Assembly: GCA_031550325.1 (NCBI GenBank)
Contig: JAVBOR010000024.1
Coordinates: 4,062-68,061 of the forward strand
Direction: 5' to 3'
DNA: 64,000 bases
Origin: Oscillospiraceae bacterium
GTDB lineage: Bacteria > Bacillota > Clostridia > Oscillospirales > UBA929
Of this stretch, positions 7,676-16,663 are shown piece after piece. A program made the translations under genes and the position numbers. Below the pieces are notes generated by a model, which saw nothing but the letters and a program-made list of their open reading frames with translations, searched no databases and was not told where the DNA came from. Numbering within the stretch: the first letter of the stretch is position 1; every line of letters begins with the position of its first letter.

Positions 7676-8731
7676 TTATGAAGGGAATTGCGTCCTGATC
7701 ATATTGTCACACAGCGCGGTCACTTGCGTAAAATCGGTACAGGAGACGTAGTAGCTTTCCATATCGTCATGAATAGATTTGGCCTGCCCCAGCGCGGCTG
7801 AGGCTTCCTCCAAAAGCGCCGCTCTGGTTTTGCGCAGCACGCGAAGCTTTTGGCGCATCGCCCGAACGCGTTCAGGCGGCACGGTGGCGTCGAGACGCAC
7901 ATGGCGGTAGATCTCACCCGGGTACTCGCGCGCCTGGTTGACGGATACAAGACCCAGCTTAAGCTCGGGGAGCAGCAGATGCTCCAGGCGCCCGTCTAGC
8001 GGGCTGTAACAGGCGATAACGGGCTGACCCAGGTCAAGCGCGGCGGTCAGAATGGGCGTAAGGGCATACTCCGCCAGCCCATAGGAGTCGCGCAGTGTGT
8101 ACACGCGGTCGCACAGTGATTCCACCGTGTCCCAGAACACAACTTCGCCGCGCGGGGTTATGGCGTTGAGATACCGTTTGGACACGCTCGCGCCGGAGAT
8201 CCCTTTGGAAAGCTCGCGGCGGATAATGCCCCGGGCGCGCCGCGCGATTTTGGCTGCCACGTCTTCGGCCAGCACCTGCGCCCGCAAGTTCTCATGTATG
8301 GCGTGCGCGGCACTGAGACAGCGGTATACGCTGGCGTAGGCTGCTCTATGCGCGGCAAACAAAATACCGAGGGTCGGCGTGTGCTGGCGCAGCGGCTCGG
8401 CGTCGACAAACGCGCCAAGATTGAGGTATTGCTCTACGGCATAGGGAATTTTGGGTTCGACGACATGCGGCGCGGTGCCGTCGACGAAATATGTGTTTGT
8501 CGCGGTAAGACACACCCCGTCAAGCGAGGCTGCGTCTCCGGAACAATGGATGTATTCGACGGGAAGTTCCCGCCGCTCGGCGGCAAGTGCGATGCGCCGC
8601 ATAAAACCTGATTTGCCGCAGCCAGGCGAGCCCTTGATGATGTAAGCCCGGTCGGCTCCCTCCATCCACTCCCCGTATAGGGACTTGAACCCGTGTGGGG
8701 TGTTGGCGCCTAAAAAGAACCGTATAGACAT
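7676..8731 (-). CDS. Uncharacterised P-loop NTPase (conserved Firmicute hypothetical ATPase)
   Basis: Track ORF of 351 aa. Walker A motif KGSPGCGKSG near the N-terminus, followed by HCSGDAASLDGV..VDGTAPHVVEP. GGGAGG SD upstream of ATG 8731. Confidence 0.7.
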   Translation of the reverse strand: MSIRFFLGANTPHGFKSLYGEWMEGADRAYIIKGSPGCGKSGFMRRIALAAERRELPVEYIHCSGDAASLDGVCLTATNTYFVDGTAPHVVEPKIPYAVEQYLNLGAFVDAEPLRQHTPTLGILFAAHRAAYASVYRCLSAAHAIHENLRAQVLAEDVAAKIARRARGIIRRELSKGISGASVSKRYLNAITPRGEVVFWDTVESLCDRVYTLRDSYGLAEYALTPILTAALDLGQPVIACYSPLDGRLEHLLLPELKLGLVSVNQAREYPGEIYRHVRLDATVPPERVRAMRQKLRVLRKTRAALLEEASAALGQAKSIHDDMESYYVSCTDFTQVTALCDNMIRTQFPS

Positions 8732-8853
8732 CGGTTAAAAAACCTCCCTGCAGACTGTCATACAACATAGTATATGCAGTTTGCGGGGAGGACGTTTTTC
8801 ATATTGAGGGTCCTTGGCCGGCAAGTAAGCGCGGCTGCCCGCCGAACAAAGCG

Positions 8854-9426
8854 TCAATCGAGCTCGGTGTGCGGACACAGCTGCAAAATCTTGGCCTCAA
8901 GCGACTTCAAATCCTCAAAGGCCTCGGGCTTTCTGCGCGGGTCGCGCAGGAGGTAGGCCGGATGATACATGCCCATCATCCAGTATTTTCCCCGCTCGAA
9001 CCACTGCCCATGCTCTTTGGTGATTTTAAAGTCCTCCTTAATAATCCGGCAGGCGGCCACGCGTCCCAGGCAGACAATCAGTTTCGGCCGGATCAGCGCC
9101 ACCTGATTGCGCAGGTACTCAATGCAGGCGTCCTGCTCCAGATGGAGTGGATCGCGGTTGCCCGGCGGACGGCACTTGACGATGTTGGCGATGTAGATCT
9201 TGGTGCGGTCGAGCCCGATGACGGCCAGCATGTCGTCGAGCAGCTGTCCGCCGCGCCCGACAAAAGGCTCTCCCCTGAGATCCTCCTGTTCGCCCGGCCC
9301 TTCCCCGATGAACATGACCTCAGCGCTTCGGCTGCCAACACCAAAGACCACGTTGGCGCGCGTTTCCCACAGGACGCACCCTGTGCAGGCGAGACAGTCT
9401 TTTTCAAGTTCTTCCCAACTGCGCAT
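8854..9426 (-). CDS. udg: Uracil-DNA glycosylase, family 4
   Basis: Only the C-terminal 190 aa of the 431-aa track ORF are credible. ATG at 9426 follows AAGGAGG. Sequence: [72 protein letters not shown]. This is the classic family-4 UDG pattern. Confidence 0.9.
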   Translation of the reverse strand: MRSWEELEKDCLACTGCVLWETRANVVFGVGSRSAEVMFIGEGPGEQEDLRGEPFVGRGGQLLDDMLAVIGLDRTKIYIANIVKCRPPGNRDPLHLEQDACIEYLRNQVALIRPKLIVCLGRVAACRIIKEDFKITKEHGQWFERGKYWMMGMYHPAYLLRDPRRKPEAFEDLKSLEAKILQLCPHTELD

Positions 9427-9531
9427 GCAAAAGGCCTCCTTAGAAACAATTCTTTTTGTGTCGGCATAGGATGCTGAGGATGGACTTATGCGGCGTGCAA
9501 GCCGTTGCTGGGAAAGGCGAGGGGAAGAATA

Positions 9532-10065
9532 ATGTCTGTATGGGAGATTTGCCTGATTGGTGCGCTGTCCGCAGTCGACGGCTTGTTTGCGGGATTTGCC
9601 TTCGGTCTGCGCGAGGTCAAGGTGCGGGGGATAAAGCTGTTCCTCTCGACCTTCTGGACGGCGCCGATGGCCTGCCTTGCGGTAGTGGCGGCGCGCGTGA
9701 TGGGGCAGTTTATTCCGCCGCTTGCCGCGCGCTCTCTCGGCGGCGGGCTGCTGATGGCCGCGGGCGTGCTCAGTCTGCTGGAGAGCCTGCGCGGCAAGAA
9801 GCCCCAGGAGCCGCTGACAAAGGTCGGCGCGCTGATGCTCGGGCTCGGGCTGGCGCTGGACGGCTCGGTGGCCGCGTTTTCTCTTGGACTTCAGGGCGCG
9901 GCGGTGCTTGAAACCGCGCTCATCTTCGCGCTGCTGCAGTTTGGCTTTTTCATCACGGGCAATTTTCTGGGCTGCCTGCGCAAACAGACAGGGAAGGCCG
10001 TGGAGTACGCGCCCTCGGTCGTGCTCATGCTGCTGGGCCTGTGGAAGCTGCTGCCAATCGGCTAA
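9532..10065 (+). CDS. ytaF: YtaF/MntP-family (DUF204) membrane protein, probable sporulation membrane protein YtaF
   Basis: ATG 9532 follows GAGGGGAAG. Sequence: MSVWEICLIGALSAVDGLFAGFAFGLREVKV.., with two internally similar hydrophobic halves, as in YtaF/MntP. Confidence 0.65.
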   Translation: MSVWEICLIGALSAVDGLFAGFAFGLREVKVRGIKLFLSTFWTAPMACLAVVAARVMGQFIPPLAARSLGGGLLMAAGVLSLLESLRGKKPQEPLTKVGALMLGLGLALDGSVAAFSLGLQGAAVLETALIFALLQFGFFITGNFLGCLRKQTGKAVEYAPSVVLMLLGLWKLLPIG

Positions 10066-10069
10066 TGTG

Positions 10070-10443
10070 GCGCGAGCAGGCCTGTAAGCCGGATTCTGTC
10101 GTGGACAGCCATCTATCTGGGCCGTTTGTTGCCAAACGGCTCGTGCCACCTGGTCGGGAACGACGGCGCGCTGACGCGCGCCTTTGCCGGGCCGGGTGCG
10201 TTCCCTGTGCGGTGTTGCTCCGGATAGAGTTTGCAGGGTTTCCCGGTCTCCCGGGAAACCGGTGAGCTCTTACCTCGCCGTTCCACCCTTACCGGACATA
10301 AATCTCCGGCGGTATATTTCTGTTGCCCTTTTCCTGAAGTCGCCTTCGGCGGGCGTTACCCGCTATCCTTGCCCTGTGGAGCCCGGACTTTCCTCATACG
10401 CGGCCTTTCGGCACTGCGCACGCGGCTGCCTGGCCTGCTCGTG
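10070..10443 (-). ncRNA. rnpB: RNase P RNA, bacterial type A
   Basis: The reverse complement contains the universal GAGGAAAGTCCGGGCTCCACAGGGCA (plus-strand 10370-10396). It also has GGTAACGCCCG, GGTAAGGGTGGAACGGCGAGGTAAGAGCTCACC, and the 3' block CCACGACAGAATCCGGCTTACAGGCCTGCTCG. P1 pairs CGAGCAGGCC (5' end, 10432-10441) with GGCCTGCTCG (3' end, 10073-10082). Ends are good to about 5 nt. Confidence 0.93.
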
Positions 10444-10449
10444 AAAAGT

Positions 10450-10478
10450 ATTCTATCGGAGTTTTTTTAGATTGTCAA
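10450..10478 (-). promoter_or_regulatory. rnpB promoter
   Basis: On the minus strand: TTGACA (10478-10473), 17-nt spacer, TAGAAT (10455-10450), about 9 nt upstream of the predicted RNase P RNA 5' end. Confidence 0.6.
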
Positions 10479-10507
10479 TTGCATTGGCGGGGCAAACAGG
10501 TTATAAT
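10479..10507 (+). promoter_or_regulatory. Candidate murD promoter, back-to-back with the rnpB promoter
   Basis: TTGCAT (10479-10484), 17-nt spacer, TATAAT (10502-10507). Confidence 0.5.
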
Positions 10508-10549
10508 TTAGCTGGCGCTGAAAGTGAATTGTGCGAGAGGATGGTGCAA

Positions 10550-11863
10550 ATGCGCCAATTTGACGAGTTTTGCGCGTCAATAAATCAGAAAGAGATTACG
10601 GTGATCGGGGTGGGCGTCAGCAACGCGCCTCTCATCCGGATGCTTTGCGCGCACGGCGCGCGCGTGACGGCCTGCGACAGAAATGAGTCCCTCGATCAGG
10701 AGCCCTGGAAAGCCCTGGGCGTGACGCTGCGATTGGGCGAGGGATATTTGGACAACCTTGACGGAGAGCTGATCTTCCGAACGCCGGGTCTGCGCCCCGA
10801 TCACCCGGCGCTGGTCGGTGCGCGAAAAAAGGGAAGTGTCGTGACCAGCGAGATCGAGGTCTTTTTGCGCGTATGCCCGTGCCCCGTGATCGGGGTGACC
10901 GGAAGCGACGGCAAGACGACGACCACAACGCTGATCGGTCTGATGTTGCGCGAGCAGGGAATAGAGACGCATGTCGGCGGCAACATCGGCCAGCCGCTGC
11001 TCGACAGGGCTGGCGCGATCAAGGCGGGGGACCGCTGCGTTTTGGAGCTGAGCTCTTTTCAGCTCAGCGGGCTGACGGTATCGCCCCAAACGGCGGTGAT
11101 CACCAATGTTGCGCCTAACCATCTGGACTGGCATGTGGATATGGAGGAGTACATCGACGCCAAAAAGAACATATTCAGCTTTCAGTCCCCCGGTGGCGTC
11201 ACGGTGCTCAACGGCGGCTGCGCCGTCACCGCGGCCATGCGCGGGGCCTATGAGACGCGGTTTTTTGACGCGGGGCAGATTCAGGAAGGCGTGATTGACG
11301 GCGTTCTTCCGCTTCGCGACATTCGGATAAAGGGCGCGCACAATGTGGAAAACTATATGGCCGCGATGTGCGCTTTGCGCGGGCAGGTTTCGGGCGAGGC
11401 CATTTTGCGCGTGGCAAAGACGTTTGCCGGTGTGCCGCACCGCAACCAGCTGATCGGCGAGTGCGCGGGCGTGCGGTATTTCAACGATTCCATCGGCTCG
11501 AGCCCGTCGCGCACCGTGGCCACGCTCGGCGCGCACGAGGACAAGGTCATTTTAATCGCGGGGGGATACGACAAAAAGATTCCCTTCGACGCGCTGGCGC
11601 GCGCGCTGCCCGAACACGCAAGCGCCGCTTTGCTCATTGGGGAGACGGCGGGGAGCATTCGCGCCGCGGCCGAGGCCGTCGAGGGCTGCCCGCCTTTATA
11701 CGACGCGGGCAATTTGGAAAAGGCCGTGTCACTGGCGCGCTCACTGGCGCGCCCTGGGGACGTTGTGCTGCTCTCGCCCGCCTGCGCGTCCTTCGACCAA
11801 TATCGGAACTTTGAAGAAAGAGGCGAGCATTTTGCTGCGCTTGTGAAGGAGATGGAAGAATGA
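10550..11863 (+). CDS. murD: UDP-N-acetylmuramoyl-L-alanine--D-glutamate ligase
   Basis: Contains VIGVTGSDGKTTTTTLIG, NIGQP, NVAPNHLDWH and GGYDKK Mur-ligase blocks. The track start 10472 overlaps the rnpB promoter. ATG 10550 lies 8 nt after GAGAGGA (alternative ATG at 10541). Confidence 0.9.
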   Translation: MRQFDEFCASINQKEITVIGVGVSNAPLIRMLCAHGARVTACDRNESLDQEPWKALGVTLRLGEGYLDNLDGELIFRTPGLRPDHPALVGARKKGSVVTSEIEVFLRVCPCPVIGVTGSDGKTTTTTLIGLMLREQGIETHVGGNIGQPLLDRAGAIKAGDRCVLELSSFQLSGLTVSPQTAVITNVAPNHLDWHVDMEEYIDAKKNIFSFQSPGGVTVLNGGCAVTAAMRGAYETRFFDAGQIQEGVIDGVLPLRDIRIKGAHNVENYMAAMCALRGQVSGEAILRVAKTFAGVPHRNQLIGECAGVRYFNDSIGSSPSRTVATLGAHEDKVILIAGGYDKKIPFDALARALPEHASAALLIGETAGSIRAAAEAVEGCPPLYDAGNLEKAVSLARSLARPGDVVLLSPACASFDQYRNFEERGEHFAALVKEMEE

Positions 11864-12882
11864 TGGAGCAAAAGGACACGCTGCGCGAGCTGTGCGAGGC
11901 AAGCGCGCCCGCGGGCTTTGAACGGCCCGTGACCGCCATAGCTGCCCGGATGCTCAAGGAACTTGTCGATACCGTGGAGGTTGACCGCATGGGCAACCTC
12001 GTCGGGCTGCTTGCCTGCGGGGATTTGGACGCCCAAACGGTACTGATCGACGCGCACCTCGACGAAATCGGGTTTATCGTCACGGGATATGAGGAGGGGT
12101 TTGTCCGCTTTGCCACGCTGGGCGGCGTCGATCCCCGGCTTCTGCCGGCCGCCGAGGTGCTGCTTCTGGCGCCCGACGGGCCGGTATACGGTGTGGTGGC
12201 CTGTCTGCCGCCCCATGTGCTTTCGACCGAGGCGCGCGAGAAGGTCACCCCGATCACCGAGCTCTATATCGACACGGGCGGCGTCGAGGTCGCCGTCGGA
12301 ACGCCCGGCGTGTTCGACGCCTCATTTGTCGGCATGGGCGCGTCGATGGTGAGCGCAAAGGCTCTGGACAACCGCGCGAGCTTTGCCGTGCTGCTGCGCG
12401 CACTCTCTTTGCTGCCCGAGATCGAGCGCTTGCGGGACAAGCCCAGGCGCGTCCACTTGATGCTCTGCGGCAGCGTGCAGGAGGAACTGGGGCTGCGCGG
12501 GGCCAAAACGGCGGCGTTCGCGCGCCAGCCTGAGCGCGCCGTCGTGCTGGACGTCACCTTTGGCCGCTCGGAGGACACACCCCCGGAGAAGACCTTTGAG
12601 CTGGGCGGCGGCGTCTGCATCGGCTGGGGCGCGGAGTGCAACCGGAAACTGACTGAGAGCATCGTCAGCGTGGCCAAGGAGCGCGGCATTCCTTTCCAGA
12701 TGGAGATCATGCCGATGCGCACCGGAACAAACGCGTCGGCGCTTCAGATTACGGGCCGGGGCGTGGCCGTGGCCAACCTGTCCGTTCCCGTGAAGTATAT
12801 GCATTCCCCGGTCGAGCTCGTGGACACGCAGGACATGGAAAACGCTGCCAGGCTTTTGGCGGAATGGGTGGTGAGCTTATGA
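11860..12882 (+). CDS. M42-family metallopeptidase (TET/FrvX/CelM-like), paralog 1
   Basis: 340 aa. Sequence: LRELCEASAPAGFERPV..VDRMGNLVG..IDAHLDEIGFIV..KALDNRA..GSVQEELGLRGA. Its ATGA start/stop overlaps the murD stop. Confidence 0.85.
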   Translation: MMEQKDTLRELCEASAPAGFERPVTAIAARMLKELVDTVEVDRMGNLVGLLACGDLDAQTVLIDAHLDEIGFIVTGYEEGFVRFATLGGVDPRLLPAAEVLLLAPDGPVYGVVACLPPHVLSTEAREKVTPITELYIDTGGVEVAVGTPGVFDASFVGMGASMVSAKALDNRASFAVLLRALSLLPEIERLRDKPRRVHLMLCGSVQEELGLRGAKTAAFARQPERAVVLDVTFGRSEDTPPEKTFELGGGVCIGWGAECNRKLTESIVSVAKERGIPFQMEIMPMRTGTNASALQITGRGVAVANLSVPVKYMHSPVELVDTQDMENAARLLAEWVVSL

Positions 12883-13889
12883 TCGGGCTGACAAAGAGGC
12901 TGTGCGCGATGGACGGGGTGAGCGGCTTTGAGGACGAGGTGCGCGACGCGATCCGCGCCATGGCGCAGCCCTACGCGCAGGAGATCCTGGAGGACGCCAT
13001 CGGAAACCTCATGGTCTTTCGCAAGGGCGTCCGGCGGCCAGAGCGGAGCGTGATGCTTTGCGCGCACATGGACGAGGTCGGCCTGATGGTCACGCATATT
13101 GCCGATCGCGGCGCGTTGAAATTTGATCAGATGGGCGGAATTGATCCGAGGGTGCTGGTGGGCAAACGTGTCAAGGTGGGGAAGGACAGGCGTCCGGGGA
13201 TCATCGGATTTAAGCCGAAGCATTTGCTTGAGCCCAAGGAGGCGAAAACCGCGCTGAAGATGTCCGACCTGTATGTGGACGTCGGCGCCGCCGACAAGGC
13301 GTCGGCCGAACAGCTTGTCAGCCCCGGAGATATCTGTGTGTTTGACGAGAAAATCGTTGAGTTCGGCCACGGCTTTCTCAAAGCAAAGGCCATTGACGAC
13401 CGCTTCGGCTGCGCGCTTCTGCTGACGCTGATGGAAAAGACACCGCCCGTGGATACCTGGTTTGTCTTTACCGCGCAGGAAGAGACCGGGACGCGCGGGG
13501 CGTTCGGCGCCGCCTGGACGATCAGCCCCGACATCGCCTTGATTGTCGAGGGAACGACCGCCGCCGACCTGCCTGAGGCAGGGCACAAGGCCGTATGCGC
13601 CGCTGGCGGGGGCGTGGTGATTCCGTTTATGGACTGCGGCTCGGTGACCGACAAAGAGCTTTTTGACCGTATGCGCGGCCTGTGCCGGACCCATGATATT
13701 CCCTGGCAGACCAAGGAGTATATCTCCGGCGGAACGGACGCCGCGGCCATTCAGCGCAGTGCGGTCGGCGTCAGAACTGTGGGGATTGCCGCGCCGGTGC
13801 GGTATATCCACTCGCCGTCGAGCGTAGTCAAGCTGTCTGACTGCGAAAACATGCTCAGACTGGCCGAGGCCTTTTTGCAAAGCTGTTGA
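12879..13889 (+). CDS. M42-family metallopeptidase, paralog 2
   Basis: The ATG at 12879 overlaps the upstream stop (ATGA). Sequence: MIGLTKRLCAMDGVSGFEDEV..AHMDEVGLMVTHI..KAIDDRFGC..FTAQEETGTRGA. Confidence 0.85.
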   Translation: MIGLTKRLCAMDGVSGFEDEVRDAIRAMAQPYAQEILEDAIGNLMVFRKGVRRPERSVMLCAHMDEVGLMVTHIADRGALKFDQMGGIDPRVLVGKRVKVGKDRRPGIIGFKPKHLLEPKEAKTALKMSDLYVDVGAADKASAEQLVSPGDICVFDEKIVEFGHGFLKAKAIDDRFGCALLLTLMEKTPPVDTWFVFTAQEETGTRGAFGAAWTISPDIALIVEGTTAADLPEAGHKAVCAAGGGVVIPFMDCGSVTDKELFDRMRGLCRTHDIPWQTKEYISGGTDAAAIQRSAVGVRTVGIAAPVRYIHSPSSVVKLSDCENMLRLAEAFLQSC

Positions 13890-13904
13890 ATGGAGAGAGA
13901 TACG

Positions 13905-14903
13905 ATGAATATTGTTGAAATGCAGAAAACTCTGGCGGCGGCGTTTGGCCCGTCGGGACGGGAAACCGGCGTGGCAGCAGTGATCAGGACCATGGCAGAG
14001 CCGTTTGCCGACGAGATTTACATCGACGCGCTGGGCAACTTGATTGTGCACAAGCGCGGATACGGGAAAAAAGTGATGTTCAGCGCGCATATGGACTCCA
14101 TCGGGGTCATCGTCACCCATGTGGATGAGCAGGGCTTCCTGCGCTTCGGAAGGGTCGGAGGCCTGCCGCCGCTGAGCCTGTTCGGCGCGTGCCTGCGCTT
14201 TGAAAACGGCGTGAAGGGCATCGTCGGAGCGGTCGGCCCGGACGACAGACCGAACGGGAAGGACCTGAAGCTCGACGACCTGTACCTCGACATCGGCGCC
14301 GAGGACCGGGAGGACGCGCTGCGGCATGTGCAGGTCGGCGACATCGCCGTATATGACGGGCCTTGCTTTGCGCAGGGAAACCGGCTTGTGTCGCCGTACC
14401 TCGACGACCGCATCGCGTGCGTGATTCTTCTCCAGGCGCTGGAGCGCATCGAGTCGCCTCAGAACGACCTGTATTTTGTGTTCTCCGCGCAGGAGGAGCT
14501 CGGCTGCCGCGGGGCCAAAACTGCGGCCTACGCCATTGACCCCGAGATTGGGTTTGCCGTGGACATCACGCGCACGGGCGACACGCCGGAGTGCAAGCCC
14601 AAAATGGCGTGCAAGCTCGGCGGCGGCGCGGCCGTCAAGATCATGGACGCCATGGTGCTCTGCTCGCCCTGGGTGGTGGAGTATCTGCGCCGCGAGGCTG
14701 GGGCAGCGGGCATCCCGCATCAAAGCGAGGTGTTTATGATGGGCGGCACGGACGCCTCCTCCATTCAGATGGCGCGCGCGGGTGTGCATGTGGGCGCGAT
14801 TTCGATCCCCACGCGGTACGGCCACAATCTGCAGGCCATGTGCGATCTGCGCGACGTTCAGGCCTGCGTTGACCTGACGGTTGTGGCCGCCGCCATAGGC
14901 TAA
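13905..14903 (+). CDS. M42-family metallopeptidase, paralog 3
   Basis: ATG 13905 lies 5 nt after GGAGAGAG (track start 13890 is an alternative). Sequence: AFGPSGRETG..DALGNLIV..AHMDSIGVIVTHV..YLDDRIAC..FSAQEELGCRGA. Confidence 0.85.
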   Translation: MNIVEMQKTLAAAFGPSGRETGVAAVIRTMAEPFADEIYIDALGNLIVHKRGYGKKVMFSAHMDSIGVIVTHVDEQGFLRFGRVGGLPPLSLFGACLRFENGVKGIVGAVGPDDRPNGKDLKLDDLYLDIGAEDREDALRHVQVGDIAVYDGPCFAQGNRLVSPYLDDRIACVILLQALERIESPQNDLYFVFSAQEELGCRGAKTAAYAIDPEIGFAVDITRTGDTPECKPKMACKLGGGAAVKIMDAMVLCSPWVVEYLRREAGAAGIPHQSEVFMMGGTDASSIQMARAGVHVGAISIPTRYGHNLQAMCDLRDVQACVDLTVVAAAIG

Positions 14904-14946
14904 AACTGCCCGGATTAACAAAAAACGGACAAACAAACAGAAAAAC

Positions 14947-14975
14947 TTTACAAATGCGTTGCTACCCTGTATACT
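14947..14975 (+). promoter_or_regulatory. Candidate sigma-A promoter for the symporter-paaK operon
   Basis: TTTACA (14947-14952), 17-nt spacer, TATACT (14970-14975). This leaves a leader of about 110 nt before ATG 15089. Confidence 0.45.
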
Positions 14976-15088
14976 ACAAGGAAACCTGGCGCGAGCAAGG
15001 GCTTAACGCCTCTAGGCGCAGTCGTGCCGACAGTTGAAACAGCTCCGGAATACAGAGACAGACGGAGGCAAGGAAGGGGAAAAACCAT

Positions 15089-16663
15089 ATGACACAGGTA
15101 GTAGCGCTCATAGCACTTCTGGTTTTTGCGTTGTTTATGGTGATCATCGGCGTGCTCAACGCGCGGCATGCCAAGACAATGGATGGCTTCCTGCTCGGCG
15201 GCAGAAAAATCGGGCCGTGGATGTCGGCATTCGCCTACGGGACGACGTATTTTTCGGCGGTTATTTTCATTGGCTACGCCGGCAAATTCGGCTGGGACGT
15301 CGGCCTTGCCAGCGTGTGGATCGGCGTGGGAAACGCGCTGGTCGGCTGTTTTATCGCTTGGAAATTCCTGGCCGGCCGTGTGCGGAATATGACGCACACG
15401 CTCAACGCGCGCACCATGCCGGAGTTTTTTCAGCAGCGCTACAACAGCAAGAACATGAAGCTGTTTTCAGCCGTGATCATCTTCCTCTTCCTTGTCCCTT
15501 ACGCCGCGTCGGTGTATAAAGGTCTGGGCTCCTATTTCGGCAAGATGTTTCCTGACGCGGGCAACCTGATCCCAGGGCTTTCCTCCACCGTGCTGTGCAT
15601 GCTCATTGTGGCTGTGCTGACCGGCCTGTACCTTGTATTTGGCGGCTATATGGCCATAGCGATGAGTGATTTTGTCCAGGGCCTCATCATGATCGGCGGC
15701 GTCGCCGTGCTGGCCGTGGCCATTACGCTGAGCGCGCCGGTCGGCGGGCTGGGCTCGGCCATTTCTCAGCTCAAGGCCATTCAGCCGTCGCTGGTTAGCT
15801 TCACGGGCGGCGGGCTTTGGAACGTGCTGCTGATCAACATTCTGCTGACCAGCGTGGGTACCTTCGGCCTTCCGCAGATGGTGCACAAATTTTATGCGAT
15901 TAAGGACAAACACGCCGTGCGACGGGCGACCGTGGTGTCGACGCTCTTCGCCCTGGTGATCGGCGGCGGGGCCTACTATGTCGGCTCGATGGGCCGCATT
16001 GTGCTGAACAACACCCTGCCAGTCGGCGGGTATGACGAGGTCATGCCGGTCATGCTGCTGCAGACCTTCGGCTCGACGCTGCTGGGCAGCATTCTGCTGT
16101 CCGTGATTTTGCTGCTGCTGCTGTCGGCGTCCATGTCGACGCTGAGTTCGGTGGTGCTGACCTCGGCCACGGCGGTCTCCGTTGACCTTGTGCAGCAGGT
16201 GCGTCCGAAGCTCAAGGACAAAACCCAGCTTAAGCTGACGCGGGTACTCTGCCTCCTGTTTGTCGCGCTGAGCTTTGTGTTTGCCACGTTTAACTTTGCC
16301 ATCATCGTTTCGATCATGTCCTACTCCTGGGGCATTGTGGCCGGCAGCTTCATCGGGCCGTTTTTGTGGGGCATGTTTTCGAAGAAGACAACCCACGCGG
16401 GCGCGTGGTGCGGAATGCTGGCGGGCTTTGCGACCGTGCTGACCATGACGATAGTTTCGACGGCGACGCACATGCCCGAGGCGAGCGGGCTGTACGAGGC
16501 GTTTAAGATGGCCAGCACGAATTCTCCGCTTTACGGCGTCTGCGCGATGGGCGTGTCTCTGGCCGTGGTGCCGCTGGTGAGCCTGGTGACCAAGAAGTTC
16601 AGCAAGGACCATGTGGCGAAATGCTTTAAGGAGGCCGACGATTTTGTGGCAAAAAAAGCTTGA
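15089..16663 (+). CDS. Sodium:solute symporter (SSS) family transporter
   Basis: 524 aa with about 13 hydrophobic segments. The N-terminal pattern DGFLLGGRKIGPWMSAFAYGTTYFSAVIFIGYAG is typical of PutP/PanF-like SSS proteins. GGAAGGGG SD. Confidence 0.8.
   Translation: MTQVVALIALLVFALFMVIIGVLNARHAKTMDGFLLGGRKIGPWMSAFAYGTTYFSAVIFIGYAGKFGWDVGLASVWIGVGNALVGCFIAWKFLAGRVRNMTHTLNARTMPEFFQQRYNSKNMKLFSAVIIFLFLVPYAASVYKGLGSYFGKMFPDAGNLIPGLSSTVLCMLIVAVLTGLYLVFGGYMAIAMSDFVQGLIMIGGVAVLAVAITLSAPVGGLGSAISQLKAIQPSLVSFTGGGLWNVLLINILLTSVGTFGLPQMVHKFYAIKDKHAVRRATVVSTLFALVIGGGAYYVGSMGRIVLNNTLPVGGYDEVMPVMLLQTFGSTLLGSILLSVILLLLLSASMSTLSSVVLTSATAVSVDLVQQVRPKLKDKTQLKLTRVLCLLFVALSFVFATFNFAIIVSIMSYSWGIVAGSFIGPFLWGMFSKKTTHAGAWCGMLAGFATVLTMTIVSTATHMPEASGLYEAFKMASTNSPLYGVCAMGVSLAVVPLVSLVTKKFSKDHVAKCFKEADDFVAKKA

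Noticed and set aside
9427-10149. N-terminal 240 aa of the 431-aa track ORF 8854-10149
   Set aside because: Only the segment from ATG 9426 (preceded by AAGGAGG) resembles uracil-DNA glycosylase. The upstream part is Q/R/H-rich and lies antisense to the ytaF-like gene.
10041-10470. Three small plus-strand ORFs (10041-10265, 10184-10444, 10231-10470)
   Set aside because: They lie entirely within the RNase P RNA gene on the opposite strand. Their openness is incidental.
12744-14936. 730-aa minus-strand ORF spanning the M42 peptidase genes
   Set aside because: It is antisense to three genes with clear family motifs. The translation is an R/H/A/G-rich low-information sequence typical of open antisense frames in GC-rich DNA. 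It has no SD sequence and no recognisable motif.
14976-15088. The ~110-nt leader upstream of the symporter, considered as a known riboswitch (glycine, proline or T-box types)
   Set aside because: I could not find any of the conserved cores I know for these classes, nor a terminator/antiterminator pair. It is kept only as an unexplained leader within the operon finding.
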